A stretch of DNA of 64,000 nt from the human T2T-CHM13v2.0 reference genome, Homo sapiens. The translations under genes were made by a program, and so were the position numbers. Below are positions 1-14,364 of this stretch, piece by piece. The stretch lies in NCBI RefSeq assembly GCF_009914755.1, contig NC_060933.1. The stretch is one strand, 5' to 3'. The notes under the pieces were generated by a model. That model was given only the letters and a program-made list of their open reading frames with translations, was not told the origin of the DNA and searched no databases. How positions within the stretch are numbered: the first letter of the stretch is position 1; every line of letters starts with the position of its first letter.

Positions 1-3000
1 CAGTGAGAATGCATTTGTGATGTTTGAGTGACCACCTGCCACAGCTGCTTCAGTTTGCATTAACAGCTGTGTGTTAGTGGGGATTCTCCAGGCAGCCCAT
101 TGCTTCACTGTTGTATTTAATTGGGTACTCAGGCATCAGCTTGTAAATATTGACGTCCATATTAATGCTTTATAACTCACTTTTCCTTTAATTCTGCTTT
201 CTATTATAGATAGAGCGTTGTATTAGAATTTCCCTGCCCAATTGTGTATATTATTTGTGTTAGGTTATCCAAGAATTCCGCGAGAGCCATTGGCCCCAGA
301 TGTCCGCAGTGTTTTGGTCCATATTACTGAGATACTAGCCTAGTGTGTCTGGAAGGCAGCGCCAGCTGGTGAGGAACGCACCTGGGGCAGAGTTTCCAGG
401 TAGCTGTGTGGGCAGGTGCTGTGTGGCATTGAGCTGTCCTCGTTTGCTGAAAACTGATTCTCTCAGGGGCTTGCCTGGGACTCCCTAGGATGTGGTCCTC
501 TATACTTGCTGCCGTGACCAACATGAAATCTCCTGTCACCGAGCACTCTCTTGGGGAAACTGGGGGTGCCAGAAGACCAGCCACACATTTCTGAGAAGAG
601 GTGAGGGTGAGAGGCAATCAGGCTGGCAGGCCTCAGGTGGACATTACTGAATTCCTTATGGGCATTGTGTAGATGCATACATTAAATCATTCTACCAGTC
701 TGAATTTTCCTGGCCTTTGTCCTTTTGTCTGCGTGTGTTACTGATGAGCCATGCCCTGTAAACCGGTGTGGCCCCTTCCAAAGCCTGTGTTTTCTCAGTA
801 GGGTAAAGTTACTCGAGATCCTCAAGTGTAAGTGCTGTTTCTTTTTTGTGTGCTGCGTGTCACCCTCCTGGGCCCTCACACCTGCCATCCATTCAGTGCC
901 ATGCCAGTCACTCCTTCACCCCCAGAATTTGAGAGACGCCATGTGTTAGCAGCTCCTGTTTCAGCACTGATTGGAGTTTCTAAGTTTTCCAGTATTTGTT
1001 GTCCTTCTTTCATTTGTTATTTATATTTTGGGCATTTCAGTGTTTTGTAAGCATCTTCTCCAGCAGCTTATCAGGGGCATGGTGAGAATTTAAAAAGGAA
1101 AGTTACTCAAGGGAAGGAGGTTGAAATTCATTTCAATTTAATTTATAATAACCAAATCTGTTAATATGAAATCCAGGTGATAGTCTGGCCTCTCTTTCGT
1201 AGTGCTTGTCCTGGGAGATGGGTGGCATTACTGATGGTGTGCCCAGCACTCCTGAGTAGGGAGGCCCCCTGGGAGTCCAGTTCATGTTGCTCAAGTTGTT
1301 GAAATCTGGATTTGAGTGCTGAGTTGACCATTGCAGCCGTGGTATGATTCTGGTCTCTGCATAAAGTAACCAAGCTTTGTTTTCTGGTGTGATACCTTTC
1401 CTGTATTTTTATTACAGTTCAGCATATTTAGTTTCTTGTTTTAAACCAACTCAAGATAAGAAATTTAACTTTTTTTCCCCCTGAATATCAAAGTGATACT
1501 GTCTGTTACAGAAAATTCTGAAAATATGGGAAGGTATAAAGAAGAAATTTCAAAATTACCAGTAATCCAGTCACTCAACCAGCACTTTTAGTATTTTGAT
1601 TGTCTTTTAAGAAGAATAATTATTGAAGAAGAATGGGAGCGTGTTATATATTTGTGACTTTGACTTTGTGACTTCAAAGGTGGTTTCATGCAGGCTACTT
1701 TTTAAAAAAATAATTGAATTCAGTTGTTTTGAAATTCTGCTTTTTTGGAAAGATCTGTTATGTACATTTCATAAAAAGTAACTTCATTGACCATGAGTAC
1801 TGGAATTCAGCATTTAACTGCAGCTGTAGTCCTGGGGATATGTATACCTTAACTGATTCCATTTGATAACCATCTCCTGTGTCCTGGAGTAAATGGCTGT
1901 AAGTGCAGAGCAGCGTCTGAGCCTCATGAAGGGATCGTGTCGGACTGTGAGAGGAAGGTTTGTGCATTCGTCCTTTACCTTTGCCTTTCTGCATGTGGCC
2001 AGTGATGTAAAAACTGGCAGCAGCCATCCTTCTTCCTCTCTGTGTCTCTTCTTCCTCTCTGAACATGAATCAAACAGGCATCCATTTCAGAATCTCAGGG
2101 GACACTGCCAGCTCCCCATCATGACTTGTGTGTTTAGTTTGTAGGCGCAATATGGAAATTATGGAAGATGAGCTTCAAGGTTCAGCAGTTAACCGTGGGT
2201 CTATTTCTGCTCTACTTTATGGGTTTCACTGAAATGGATACTCAACTTATTTCTAAGAAACATGCAGTTACACAGCTGTCTCCTGCTTTCTGGCTTTTAT
2301 TAAAATGCAAATAGTCCTCACTTCAAAGTAGCATAATCAAATCCTGAAAGAAGTATAACTGATACTTTGCCTCCTCTCTAGTATTTCCACTATGTTGTCT
2401 GGCCTGGCTGGCTTTTCCGACCCTTCTCTGCTAGGCTTGATCCCAGGCTAGTGGAAAGTGTGGTGTTCACAGTGTGCAGTTTTACCCTGGGTGTGCAGTC
2501 ACATGCACCCCCACATGACATGAGCTCTGGTGGTGTTAACAGCACAAAGTGTTAAATATAAATATGCGTGGCCAAAGAATGTCAATTATTTTGGCAGTTA
2601 ATAGATTTCTCTGCATTTACCAGTATGTATTTAATGAAGTGAAGTCAGTGCGTCGGTCTGTCTTTGTTCTTCACATGTCTACTCTTTTAGTTTAAAAAGA
2701 ATGTCATGAAAGTGAAGTAGTTTCTCTTCTCTCCTAAACATCCAATCACGGAGCGTGTTCTTGGTGGGCATTCTTCACGTGTACCCAGAATGCCAGAACA
2801 CGACGTCATCTAGGTCTTCATTTTAGTGTGATTAGAAGCTAAGTCCCTCAGCATTTTTTAATAGAAACTGATACCCGATTTAAACATCACCATCTATCAA
2901 AGCACAAGAGCCCAGCTCTGCCAATGCCCCAGCAGTGGCCAACTGGTGGGGAGTGAGGACAGAACTGCACACTTTTGCAGATCAAAGGGGGCTGTTGGAT

Positions 3001-6000
3001 TTTACTACTCTACACGTAACTGATGAATTGCTAAAGCTCACCTGTGCACCTTAAATCCTGTTCAAGCCCGATTCTCCGGGTAGGGGGGAATTAAAACATA
3101 AGCTCCCTAAGCTGCTGCTGGATCATGTCATTTCATGCTCCCTTTTGGAAATGTGTCCCAGTTCAAACAAGCGAACACTGTTTGCTCCTCTTGTCTTGTG
3201 ACTTGTCCCAGATAACTGGAGGATTATCCTGTTTGTGGACCATGTGCCACAACTGAGGGGCTTTGATGTTGCAGAGCCCCCGCCTCTTCTTTTGATTACA
3301 TGTGTTTCTGCTAAAGACAGCTTTTTTCAGTGCTTACAGGGGCATGAATAAGTGGCTCAGTGTCCTGTAGCTTTTTGTACTTTGTGGTTTCTCTCATCCT
3401 GTTACATTAACCATAACATGGAAAGGGGCATGATCAGAAGGTACATGTCCCAGGAAAGCAAACTAACTGGGGGGCCCTGAAACCCTCCAGCAGGACTCAC
3501 AGTGAGCCTGCAAACACACTTTATCGTGTGTGTCTGAGAAAAACCCCACTGCACCTGGCCAGCGGAGGCCACCTGCTTCTGGCCCTTCCTTTTCAGGCCA
3601 CCCCCACCTGGAGTGGTAGATAGGCCTCTTGGCTTGAGTGCTGTGGCCAGCCAGGTGTTCACAGGTGCAGGGGAGCTGTTCTGGGCCAGACAGACTGGCA
3701 GACCTCGCATGGCCCATCAGGAAGCCTGTCCACCTCCCAGGGAAATGAAGCAGATACTGCAGCATTGGTTTTCAAGTGAGGCTTTCAGATATGTTATCTG
3801 TTAAGTAAACTCTGCCATTCAAAGGTATTACTGAAACAAAAGCCAGAGAGTGAAATGTGAAAACGTTCTCCTCTGTCCTATGGTGAGCCAGCGAAAGGTG
3901 GCGATGTGCACTACCAGAGGGTCCTTCACCTTGGGTGTACAGTGGGCTAGTTGGAGAATGTTTTCTTGAGGAGCTGATGTTCTCCCAGGCTACTCTGCTC
4001 TAGGCACAAAACCTCACTTTGGAATACTTCACCTGCAACAGAGCCTGTTTTGTAGCTAGTAAATACTAGGTGTTACTTAGGAATAAATAACTGGCACCCA
4101 AATCAGTAGGTAAATACATGACTAAGTGAGGGGAGGGTGGTTTGGAGTTGTTCCCACCTCTGTGCTTTTATTTTATGACAAAACAGCCTCATCAGTGATG
4201 TTACAGGACGTGCAGCCCTGAGAGCCCCAGAGCTCTTTTCTGACCAGGCTATGTGATGGGCATGTGCATGTATAGGTGTGTATAATGGGGATAAGGATTC
4301 TTCTGATACTGTGCCAAGTGCTAGAACACTAGAGTTCATTTTAGAATGGCTGTTTTTGGGATGGCCACGTATTGTTCAGGGAGATTGCAGTTGGAAAAAG
4401 TGCAGTTGGAAGCACACCTGACATGGTTGGGGGAAGGTGCCTACAGCTTCAGCCAGCGCAGCCAGCTAAGAATAGCTCCTGTGCTATGTGCTGTTAATCT
4501 CGGAGACAGTTCCTTACCACTAGTCCATGGAGTCTAGAGTTGGCCAAACAGATATAAGTCCGCTGTGTCCTCATTTCACCTCTTCTTTTGTTCTACGCCT
4601 TTTTCTCTTGTACTTTTGTTCCTCTTTCTAGTACTAACGTCTCCTCCACCTGTTTGTTCTGGTGCTGTGTGCTCAGCATGTCTCTCCATGCTCCTCTCTT
4701 ACCCCCTAAAACCCCAAGTGGTGATTCCTTCCTTCCAGCAAAATGTACTCATTCAGTTTCCCTCTCCTCCCTCCCTGTTGTGTTTCTCTACCATTCTTTG
4801 ATAGGTGATATGATGAGCCAGAATTGATAGGCTCATGTGTATGTGGTTCTGTCTCCATCAGTCGGTGTGATTCTTCATGTTTAGAAAGGTTCCATTTAGA
4901 ACCTTCTTTAGAAAAGGTTCCATTTCTAAAGAAGCTACAGTTCCCTAACTGAAGTTTCCTCCTTCGTAAAAATGAAGTAGTAGGTTAATTATATGACGCT
5001 ATAATTAATAATAAAGCCTGTATTCTACTTAATATGTCTTTCATCAAAAAGGCCACATGGGAAATTTTTGACATTTAAAAATTATCTCTGAATTCAGTCT
5101 TTGTCAGGGTTCAGCAAATCACAATACAGTGTTTCGTATTTACTTTCTTTTGTAACATTATAGAAATAAGAGTATGAAATACATAAGGATTCTACATATA
5201 GAAGTCACAGAAATCATTCTGTATATTCAGAAGTTAAACATCCCCAATTTCATTTGTGAGCAGTTAAATTTGGGGATACTGTGAAAATAAATTTATATCA
5301 AATTATATTATTTGATTAACCCAGTGGAGATTTAAAAATCTTATATATTGTTTTCTCCCCTTGCTTTGCTGTCAGCTGTTAGTTCTGTGAGGTCATTGAT
5401 GATGACAGAATTGCTGTCTAAATGACGTACTGAAGACACATCCCTGCCTTGTCTTCCATTAGAGGTTTGGTTCTGAGTCCTGACGTTGATACTGCTTTAT
5501 TCCAGGGTACCTATTTGAAAACAAGGGAGTTTTCAGTTATATTTGAGACATAGTGATATTATTGTTTTTTGCTTGAAGCCAAGATGTAGGTAGCGATTGC
5601 TTCCACTTTATTTTTACTGTACTTTTATATAGTAATTTGGACAGGTGTCTTCATAAAGGAGATCTTTGACAAGGGAAAATAGACCCAGACACCCATTAAG
5701 ACGTGTTTTCTCCCATTTTCTCCTTCCTTGCAATATAGGTGGGTTTGATAGAATAGTATTAGGAAATACCAAAGAATCTACCAAATGGGTAAATGCTACT
5801 TAAGTGTCTGTACAGGTCATTTAGATGAGAGGATTTGAGACTATGCTTGTTATAATTTGAGAATTATACATGGGTCAGGAATGACATGAGGGCTGAGGTT
5901 GAAGCAATTTGAAAAGGAGAGATAATCATGAAACTCTACTTGGATATTAATAATTTTTCCCTTGAATCACACACAGTGGCCTGCGAGGCCTCATTTTGGC

Positions 6001-6332
6001 TCATCAGTTTTTATATGGGCTGAAGGCATTTGTTTGGAAGATGTAAATACCCTTGTGTTTTTAATAGGGAAAGGTTGGATCAAGTTTGCTCTTAATTCTG
6101 ATCAACTGACAGTCTTTGACTCAACATGAAGCACACTGAGATAAAGCGGATCCTGGTTTGCTGATACAGATCTCTCAGAAGAGGAGCTTGAGAAGCGGGC
6201 CTTGCTGGGATTTCCTCTAATCGCTGCATTGGATTGATTGATAGGATTCAGGTTTTGTTATGAACTTGGGAGAGAAGTGGGAAGACATCCAATAACACCC
6301 AACATTTCATTTAATATTTGAAAGAAAACCAT

Positions 6333-6592
6333 TTCTTTTTCTTTTTTCTTTTTTTTTTTTTATACTTTTAAGTTCTAGGATACATGTGCAGCCTTGTTAC
6401 ATAGGTATACATGTGCCATGTTGGTTTGCTGCACCCATCAACCCATCATTTACGTTAGGTATTTCTCCTAATGCTATCCCTCCCCCTGTCCCCCACCCCA
6501 TGACAGGCCCCCGTGTGTGATGTTCCCCACCCTGTTTCCGTGTGTTCTCATTGTTCAATTCCCACCTGTGAGTGAGAACATGCGGTATTTGG
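6333..6592 (-). mobile_element. 5'-truncated L1PA 3' end with poly(A) tail and 15-bp TSD
   Basis: poly(T) then tatacttttaagttctaggatacatgtgca...gagaacatgcggtatttggtt; TTGAAAGAAAACCAT at 6318-6332 and 6593-6607. Confidence 0.92.
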
Positions 6593-6875
6593 TTGAAAGA
6601 AAACCATCCCTACATTGATGACATACCAGTTTTCTCCTGAACCTGGACATTAATTGTTGGCATGTTGGGGAAGTCTGCTCCTGTGATGTATCTCGTAGGA
6701 GCAGTCAGCAGCCAGACCTAACAGTTTGATGCAATCAAGTTCAGGGCCAGTTGGAACATCTTGAAAAATCTAAGTAAAGGTATCTAAGGTGGGTAGTAAA
6801 TCTCTAAGGAATTTCCTTTGTATTAGTGATTTGCTGTTTTTTAAAATAAATCTCTTTGACACCAGCTTCAGATAA

Positions 6876-7185
<310 letters not shown>

Positions 7186-7993
7186 CAGATAATTTTTTTT
7201 TTTTAAAGAAATTGCTGTGTGGCCTTACTTGCTTGTCAGTAAAAGCAGGCACTGGCCCCCAATCATTCACTCAGTTATGACAGACTTCCCTCCTACCACA
7301 TGCTTTCAGATGCTTTACCCAGAAAATAGGTCTGAGGGTGGTGACTGTAGACCCCCGGGAGAGGTTTCCGTGATGGTGGTCACACTGAGTTTTCTTGAAT
7401 AGAAGGGATTATGCAAATATTTGTGTTTTAAATCTCCCTAGATTTTTGCTGTCTAGTGATTTAGATGGCTTTAAGAATTTTTGTCCTGTTTAAAGGTTCC
7501 TTTGTGAGGATGTGCATATGATCTTGTGTGATCTCATTTTCCCTAAGCCTAGGCTTGAGGACAGGTGGAATCTTCCACTGATCTTGCCTGCTTTCTTAAG
7601 ATTTTACCACTGATTTCTCAGGATATTTTAAAACATTTCATATTTGAAAGCATGAAAATAAAATGTTTTATTTCTTTAAGTTATAATTCATGAAGATGGA
7701 ATTTATCTGATAGGTCTTACTTGCTTTAAATCTTTGCCTTTGGAAAAAAAATTCCAACTTTTAAACAAATTCCTAATAGTAGTTGCCCTTTAAATGACAA
7801 GAATCATAGTTGGGGGTTGGGGTGAGAGAAAATCTTTCATCTCTTTTAAAGGTATTTAATCTTTTTTAAAAGTTTCCTTACTTTTTAATTATCTTCAAAT
7901 ATCTGCCATAAAGTATGTGTTTACTTGCTCTTTATAAACAAGAGCAGCACTTCATTCCTTTCGGTAAATGTCAGAATGTTGGGTTTTGTTTTA

Positions 7994-8085
7994 TTTCTCC
8001 TCCTCCTCCCCGCCCTCCTCTTCTTCCTCCTCCTCTTCTCCTTTCTTGTTCTTCTTTCTTCTTCTTCTTTTTTTTTTTTTTTTTT
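7994..8085. repeat. Polypyrimidine (CCT/CTT/T) low-complexity tract
   Basis: ~92 nt with only two G interruptions. Confidence 0.9.
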
Positions 8086-10657
8086 GTGGGGAATAAAACT
8101 ATAGTTTGTTTCAGAGGTGGCCAAGCATAGCTCAGCTGAGAGATGGAGGGACAGCTGCTGCCTGGGCACCTTGGCTTAAAGTCACCCTGAAGGGACTGTG
8201 GGTTTTTAGAGATCTTTTCGTCTTGTCAGTCTTCCAGCCTGGCCACAAGCTTGCCTTAGCAGTCTGCAGCCCGTGTGCCATCTTTTGACAATGTCATTGT
8301 CATGGGATGGATGCTCCCTGTGATGTGGCAGATAATGCATTCCAGTGTGCTACTTGCAGAAAGTGGTAACATCTCTGTGTACTTTTTATTCAGAACCTAA
8401 GTTGCTAGTTAGTTGAACACCACAGATGTATGAGCTGTCTTCGGCCTAAGAGTGGGCATGAAAATTGTAGCAAACCCATAGAGGCTTTTAATTTTTTTCT
8501 AAAAAGACCTCACAGCAGTATTATTGATTTGGTTTTAAATAGCTATTTTATGAAGTTTCAGGATAATTTTTTTTTTACCTCACCTTTTAGCCTTTATTTT
8601 GATTTTTTAAAGGGGGGTGGTTTTCCTTTATCAATCCCTAACCATTTTATCTTAAGAACTCTTTCTGAAGTCATTCTTTATTTCAGCCAGAAAACTGATT
8701 AGTGTTCATTGATAGAAGATGATAGGCTGTACAGTTAACCATGAAAAATATTTTTCTCCTTGACACCTTAAAGTTGTTGTCAAAAGTATTACCGCATTCA
8801 GTTAAAGAGAGTGGGTAGAATTTTATTGTCTGAGCTTATAGTATACAAGCACCAAAGCTCGATGAATTCAGGTCTTTTCCAGGAAGTTTAACTTGCATTT
8901 TTTTCTCATAAGATATTCACATTTCTTTTCCACTCCTAATTTTGTGGCATAAAATAAAACATAACTTTTGTTCTGGGCACAGTTTCTTATTGCTGAAGGA
9001 CTTAGGAAAGAGCATGTCAGGAGTAGGAATGGTCCAGCTAGTGAAACTGAAAAGAAAAACCCTGGAGCACTATTTGTTCCTCTTCAGCGTCTGTCTGTGG
9101 GCCTTCAGCTGCTCTTGGGGAAGGGCCATGCTTACTCCTGAAGAATTGCGGCAACAGTAGAAGGGGCTTCTGTAAGTAATGTACCTCTCAGTGCAAGCTA
9201 ATACATTCCTAAGGGCTTATTTGGCTTCACTTCCTAATTTACAGTGATCTTGACCGGCTTTCTGCCTTGAGACCCTGAGTGTCATGCCGTGGTGGGGAAG
9301 GTTGGCACCTCAGGCACGTATGAGATGGTGTGGAGCTCCTTAGATGAAAGGTGCTCGGTGTGGGAAATACAGTAATGTGAGAAACCTTCCATCCAGCTGT
9401 CTGTCCGTCCATGCTCCATGCAAGCAAGTTCTCGGCCTCTTGAGCCTGTGTCTCCCACACCGAAAGTTATATGTACTGTCCTGATGCAGGAGAAGAACCT
9501 AAGTTTTCTGGGGAGAAAAAATGGGCTTTTAAGCAAGGTGAAAAACAAAAAACACTTTCTTTCCAGTTATACCAAAAGTGATGATATAACTAAACCAAAC
9601 TCCCTGGAAAACTAGATACCATCAAACTTGAATGACAGGGTAGATAGGAATGAGCCCAGCCCAGACTGTAGGTGAAGGAACATGTTTTCCAGCAGCTGCA
9701 ATTTAGCATGCATTAGGTTGTGAATTCTGCACTTTGGTTTCTAGGCAACTTGCACACATTTTAAATCTGAATATAAACACATACACACCCCCAAAACAGA
9801 ATGAAACAATAAAAAGCCTAATGATATAAACCATGTTTGCCACAAGTCTCAGTAACTATAGCAAACAAATCCAGGCCACTACCTGGCTAAGTAGAGATGT
9901 TGGTGGTTAGACCTAGGAAATAAAGACAAAGCAGCTATAAATAACTTCTTTTGTTGCACAGTGATAATGTCTCTACAACGCAAGCACATCAGGTGTGCTC
10001 TGCCTCCAAGGTGCCCTGCAAGAGAAGGCATCTCCTCAAGGGAACGAGTCTTGTTAAGGGAGATTTCATTTCTTTTCCTGTTCTTTTAATTAGTCTTACA
10101 TTAAGATTCTTAGAAGTTGTACATCTTCTTATTGCTAGCAGCAAGCTCGGTAAGTCCAGGTTACTTCTAGGCGGACAGGTCTGACCCAAAGGGTGCTCAT
10201 CAGTGCCTCCGTTGCCGCCAGTAGGGAGGTGATAGGAGCAGTTCTGGGGTGTGGCTTAATATCTGTACTAGAAATTGGGACTTACGGATAACCTCGATGA
10301 GTTCACAGATGAGGCGGGCTTAACATAGGATTGCCAGTAAATTTGGCAATCGAAATGATCCTGTTATACCAAGCACTGTTTAGATTCATGTGCCAAAGTG
10401 ACCAGCTCTGGGTTTGAAAGAGGGTTATTGTGGGCCTTCTGGATGGACAGAAGTCAAATGGAACACATGTGAGCATGTGTTCAATGTCTTTAAATATTGA
10501 ATAGCATAATGGTGGAGTTAACATGGGATCGGCCCATGCTGTTGGAGTCTGCATCTTGAGCAAGATGGAGCAATTGAGAATGGTCCAAAGAAAAGTAGTA
10601 TTGTGGGCATGAGAAAAATAAGACCTATGGGAAAATTTTTTAAAAACTGAAATTGTT

Positions 10658-10962
10658 GGCCAGGTGCGGTGGCTCATGCCTGTATTCCCAGCACTTTGGG
10701 AGGCTGAGGCGGGCAGATCACTTGAGCCCAGCAATTTGAGACAAGCCTGGGCAACATGGTGAAATCCCATCTCTACAAAAAAAAATACTAAAAAATTATG
10801 CAAGTGTGATGGTGCACACCTGTAGTTCCAGCAACTTGGAAGGCTGAGGTGAGAGGATCACCGGAGCCCCAAGAGGTCCAGGCTATAGTAAGCTGTGTTC
10901 ACACCACTGCACTCCAACCTGGGTGACAGAGTGAGACCCTGTCTCAAAAACAAAAAATAAAA
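10658..10962 (+). mobile_element. Alu (AluJ-like)
   Basis: ggccaggtgcggtggctc...gagaccctgtctc followed by an A tail. Confidence 0.93.
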
Positions 10963-11109
10963 CTGGACCATAGTTTTAAGGAATTCCTATCCTATAATTA
11001 AATACATTTAACATAAGTAATATTTCTCTCAAAAGCTTTAAGCAGGCTGTATAAACAGAAACAACTTAGGAGCTTGCTAATTTGTTTATCCCTGCTATAG
11101 ACATGTTTC

Positions 11110-11141
11110 TTCATTCATTCATTCATTCATTCATTCATTCA
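11110..11141. repeat. (TTCA)n microsatellite
   Basis: About 8 perfect units. Confidence 0.95.
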
Positions 11142-12820
11142 CCTTTCATGTTAATTTTAAGAAATCTTTAAAATAGCCACTATCATTATTTATTGTCAAG
11201 AACAATGATTTGTGATGGCAGACTAAGATTGCTGACTTTTTATTTAGAGTTTGTAAAAACAGGTTTCAGGATGTTAAATTTTTATAGTTATTGCATGATT
11301 GATGTGTTTCCTTTTCCCACAGAACTAAAGCATGTTAAAGATGCTATTTGAATTTAATTCTGGGAACATAATAAAAATAGCATTGGGGCATTGAGGAGCT
11401 CAGAGGCACAGGCCTCATCAGCCCTGCTTTAATACCTGAGCAGCAAGAGGTTACAGGTGGCTTCTCCTCCCTCCCAGGGGACCTCAGTAGGTAGAGGAGA
11501 GAGGAGGCACACAGTCAGGGGACCCTGAGGCCAGAGCCACACCAGGGGATTCTGCTGCCCCAGTCCCTTCCCACAGGCTTGTTTGTCCATTGACAGGAAC
11601 AGTTGCACGTACAAAATCAACTTTGCTTTCCCATCCTCTGTAAAATGTAGTGCCCAGCCTCTTTATTATGCATTTTATTACTCCCATTTAGAATTATATT
11701 GCTATCAGGAATGGTTTCTTGAGAACTGGAGCGGAAGAAAGGCTGTGTCCCACGATATGTGATCCTGCTAATAAAGTGGATGATCAGACACAAAGCCAAG
11801 TTCATCTTCCCACCTTGGGGCCACCACAGAGCCACGTGGTAACCCCCTTTTTCTGAAGGAACGGCATTGAGGCCCAGGCCATGTGCATTTCCCCCTGGGC
11901 TGCCTCCTCTGACCCCAGGATTCCAGCTCTTCCTCAGAAGTTGTCTCCATCTCTGCGATGAAAGAGGAGAGCAGGGACCTTTCTCCCTCCCCTCCTCTAT
12001 GTCTTTCTGACCAGGTGCCCCCAGGACGCCTATTGCTGATGGGCATAGGCATTCCCAGTTCCCTCCTGGCCCAAGCTCCTGGAGGTGGGACCACACATGA
12101 CAGAGCGACACCCAGCTTGTCCTCTCTTTTGCAAAGTGCAGGATGAGAATTTTGGGTTATCCTGGCTCCTCCCATGTTTTTTGCAGCTCCAGTGACAGCA
12201 ATGCCAAATGATACCCAAAGATAAAAATATTGATCCAAGTGCAGATGAGCTGAAAACATTCCTTTTCTGATAGAAAACACGGTAAACAGTCTCACTTCCT
12301 TCCTCAAAGATTGTACCTGGAAAGCCATGGCTGGTTAATTTTTTCCCTTTAGAATACATAACATTGTGAACTTCAGAAAATACCATAATCAGGGAGTTCC
12401 ATGACAGAGTTAAGTCTCCACACTCCAAAAAAAAAAAAAAGCAAGTAATGGCTGTTGATCGTGTGGATATGTGAATTGCAATAAATAACAGGCTCTCACG
12501 TTTTACCAGTTCTTTTTACTACTTAGACATTTTGTCAGGCTTCTCAAACCAAAAGGCTCTGTGCCATTCAGGAACTTAGCCAGTTTTCATGTATGTGAGT
12601 GAAACATTTGGGGCCAAAGAAAGACTCCTTTGTAGCAAGAGTGACTTGCGCTTTAATCAGTGTAGGAAATGGCCTTATGAGAAGATGGATTTGTGCTAGA
12701 AAAATTGAGAATAAGGAAACTATTCAGAAATAAGATTTAAAAAAAAAAAATCATCCTTGTGGTAATTTGAAATTGTGATATTGCCAGATTGAGATTGTAT
12801 ACTGTGTACTCAGAGTCCTT

Positions 12821-12822
<2 letters not shown>

Positions 12823-12862
<40 letters not shown>
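12823..12862. repeat. (GT)20 microsatellite
   Basis: Read directly. Confidence 0.97.
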
Positions 12863-12864
<2 letters not shown>

Positions 12865-13412
12865 AGAGGGAGAGACACTAAAAAAGTACAATAAGCCAGT
12901 TTGTGATCTCACCATATGTGTTGAATTGAACACAACTCTTCTGCACTTAATGAAGACTTTAGCCTTTAGGGGTAAATAAAACATCACTAAACAGGGATGG
13001 CTTGAATATTTCTTACCGGCTGTAATAATTAAAGCCATGAAAAAGGTGGTGGGGTTATGTTACTCATTAACTGGAATCGCTCTTAGATTTGATCAAGACG
13101 CGGTGGCCCCTGGCGCTTTGTTTCATGTTTGTCCTTTGTTTCATTGACACGCTTTGCCTCGGCCTCCGTGGCGCTATAAAAGCAGCAGAGCAGTTAAAGA
13201 ACCGGACCCAGAAGGCCCGTAGACCTCCTATCTAGCCGCCTTTTCTCCCCTCCCCCCAAACCCAACAAACTCTTCAACCTTCAGAACTGAGCCTGAAATC
13301 ATCTATAAAGCAGCACACTTAGGGATCTGGGAGGGAACGGGAAGAAACCTTCCTCTTTTAAAAGGAAACTGATGAATTCAAGTGTAGCCAAGAGCTTTTA
13401 AAGGATGTCATT

Positions 13413-13803
<391 letters not shown>

Positions 13804-13826
13804 TTATGAGGAACTTGGAACTCAGA

Positions 13827-14265
13827 TGTATTAATTTCCTATTGTGTCTTAACAAATTACTACAAATATTGTGGCTTAAAACAAATTTATTATAGTATCT
13901 GGAGGTCAGAAGTCCAATATCAGCCTTCATTAGCTAATGTCAGGGTGTCCGCAGCACTTTCTTTCTGTAGGCTCTAGGAGAGAATCTAGTTCCTGGCCTT
14001 GTCTAGCTTTTAGGATTGCCTGTATTCCTTGGTTCATGGCCCCTTCCTCCATCTTTAAAGCTAGCATGGTTTGGCCAAGTCCTTCTCACACTGCTGTCTT
14101 TTTGGTTCTCTCTCTTGCCTGCCTTTTCTACTTATATGGACACTTATGCTTACATTGAGCCCACCTGTATAATCCAGGGTAATCTCATAGTTGATTAGCA
14201 GCCTTAATCCATCTGTAATTTTAATTCCCTTTTGCCAGGTAATGTGGCCATTATCTTGCCTACAA
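13827..14265 (-). mobile_element. MaLR solo LTR (MLT1D-like)
   Basis: tgtattaatttcctattg...aacaaattactacaaa...gtggcttaaaacaa...tctggaggtcagaagtcc...ggccccttcctccatctt, typical of MLT1. Confidence 0.85.
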
Positions 14266-14364
14266 CCTCAGAGGATGTTGATAATGTAAAGGGTAGTGAA
14301 TTGGGGAGTTCATAGGGTTTGATAGTTGACAAATACAGAGTGTAGTATTAGGTAGGGGTTTTTT

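Noticed and set aside
4903-4934. 12-8-12 inverted repeat resembling loxP/FRT architecture
   Set aside because: Arm sequences match neither site, there is a single copy and no recombinase; local duplication explains it.
7915-8169. Poly-Pro/Phe and poly-Lys/Arg ORFs
   Set aside because: Translations of the polypyrimidine tract.
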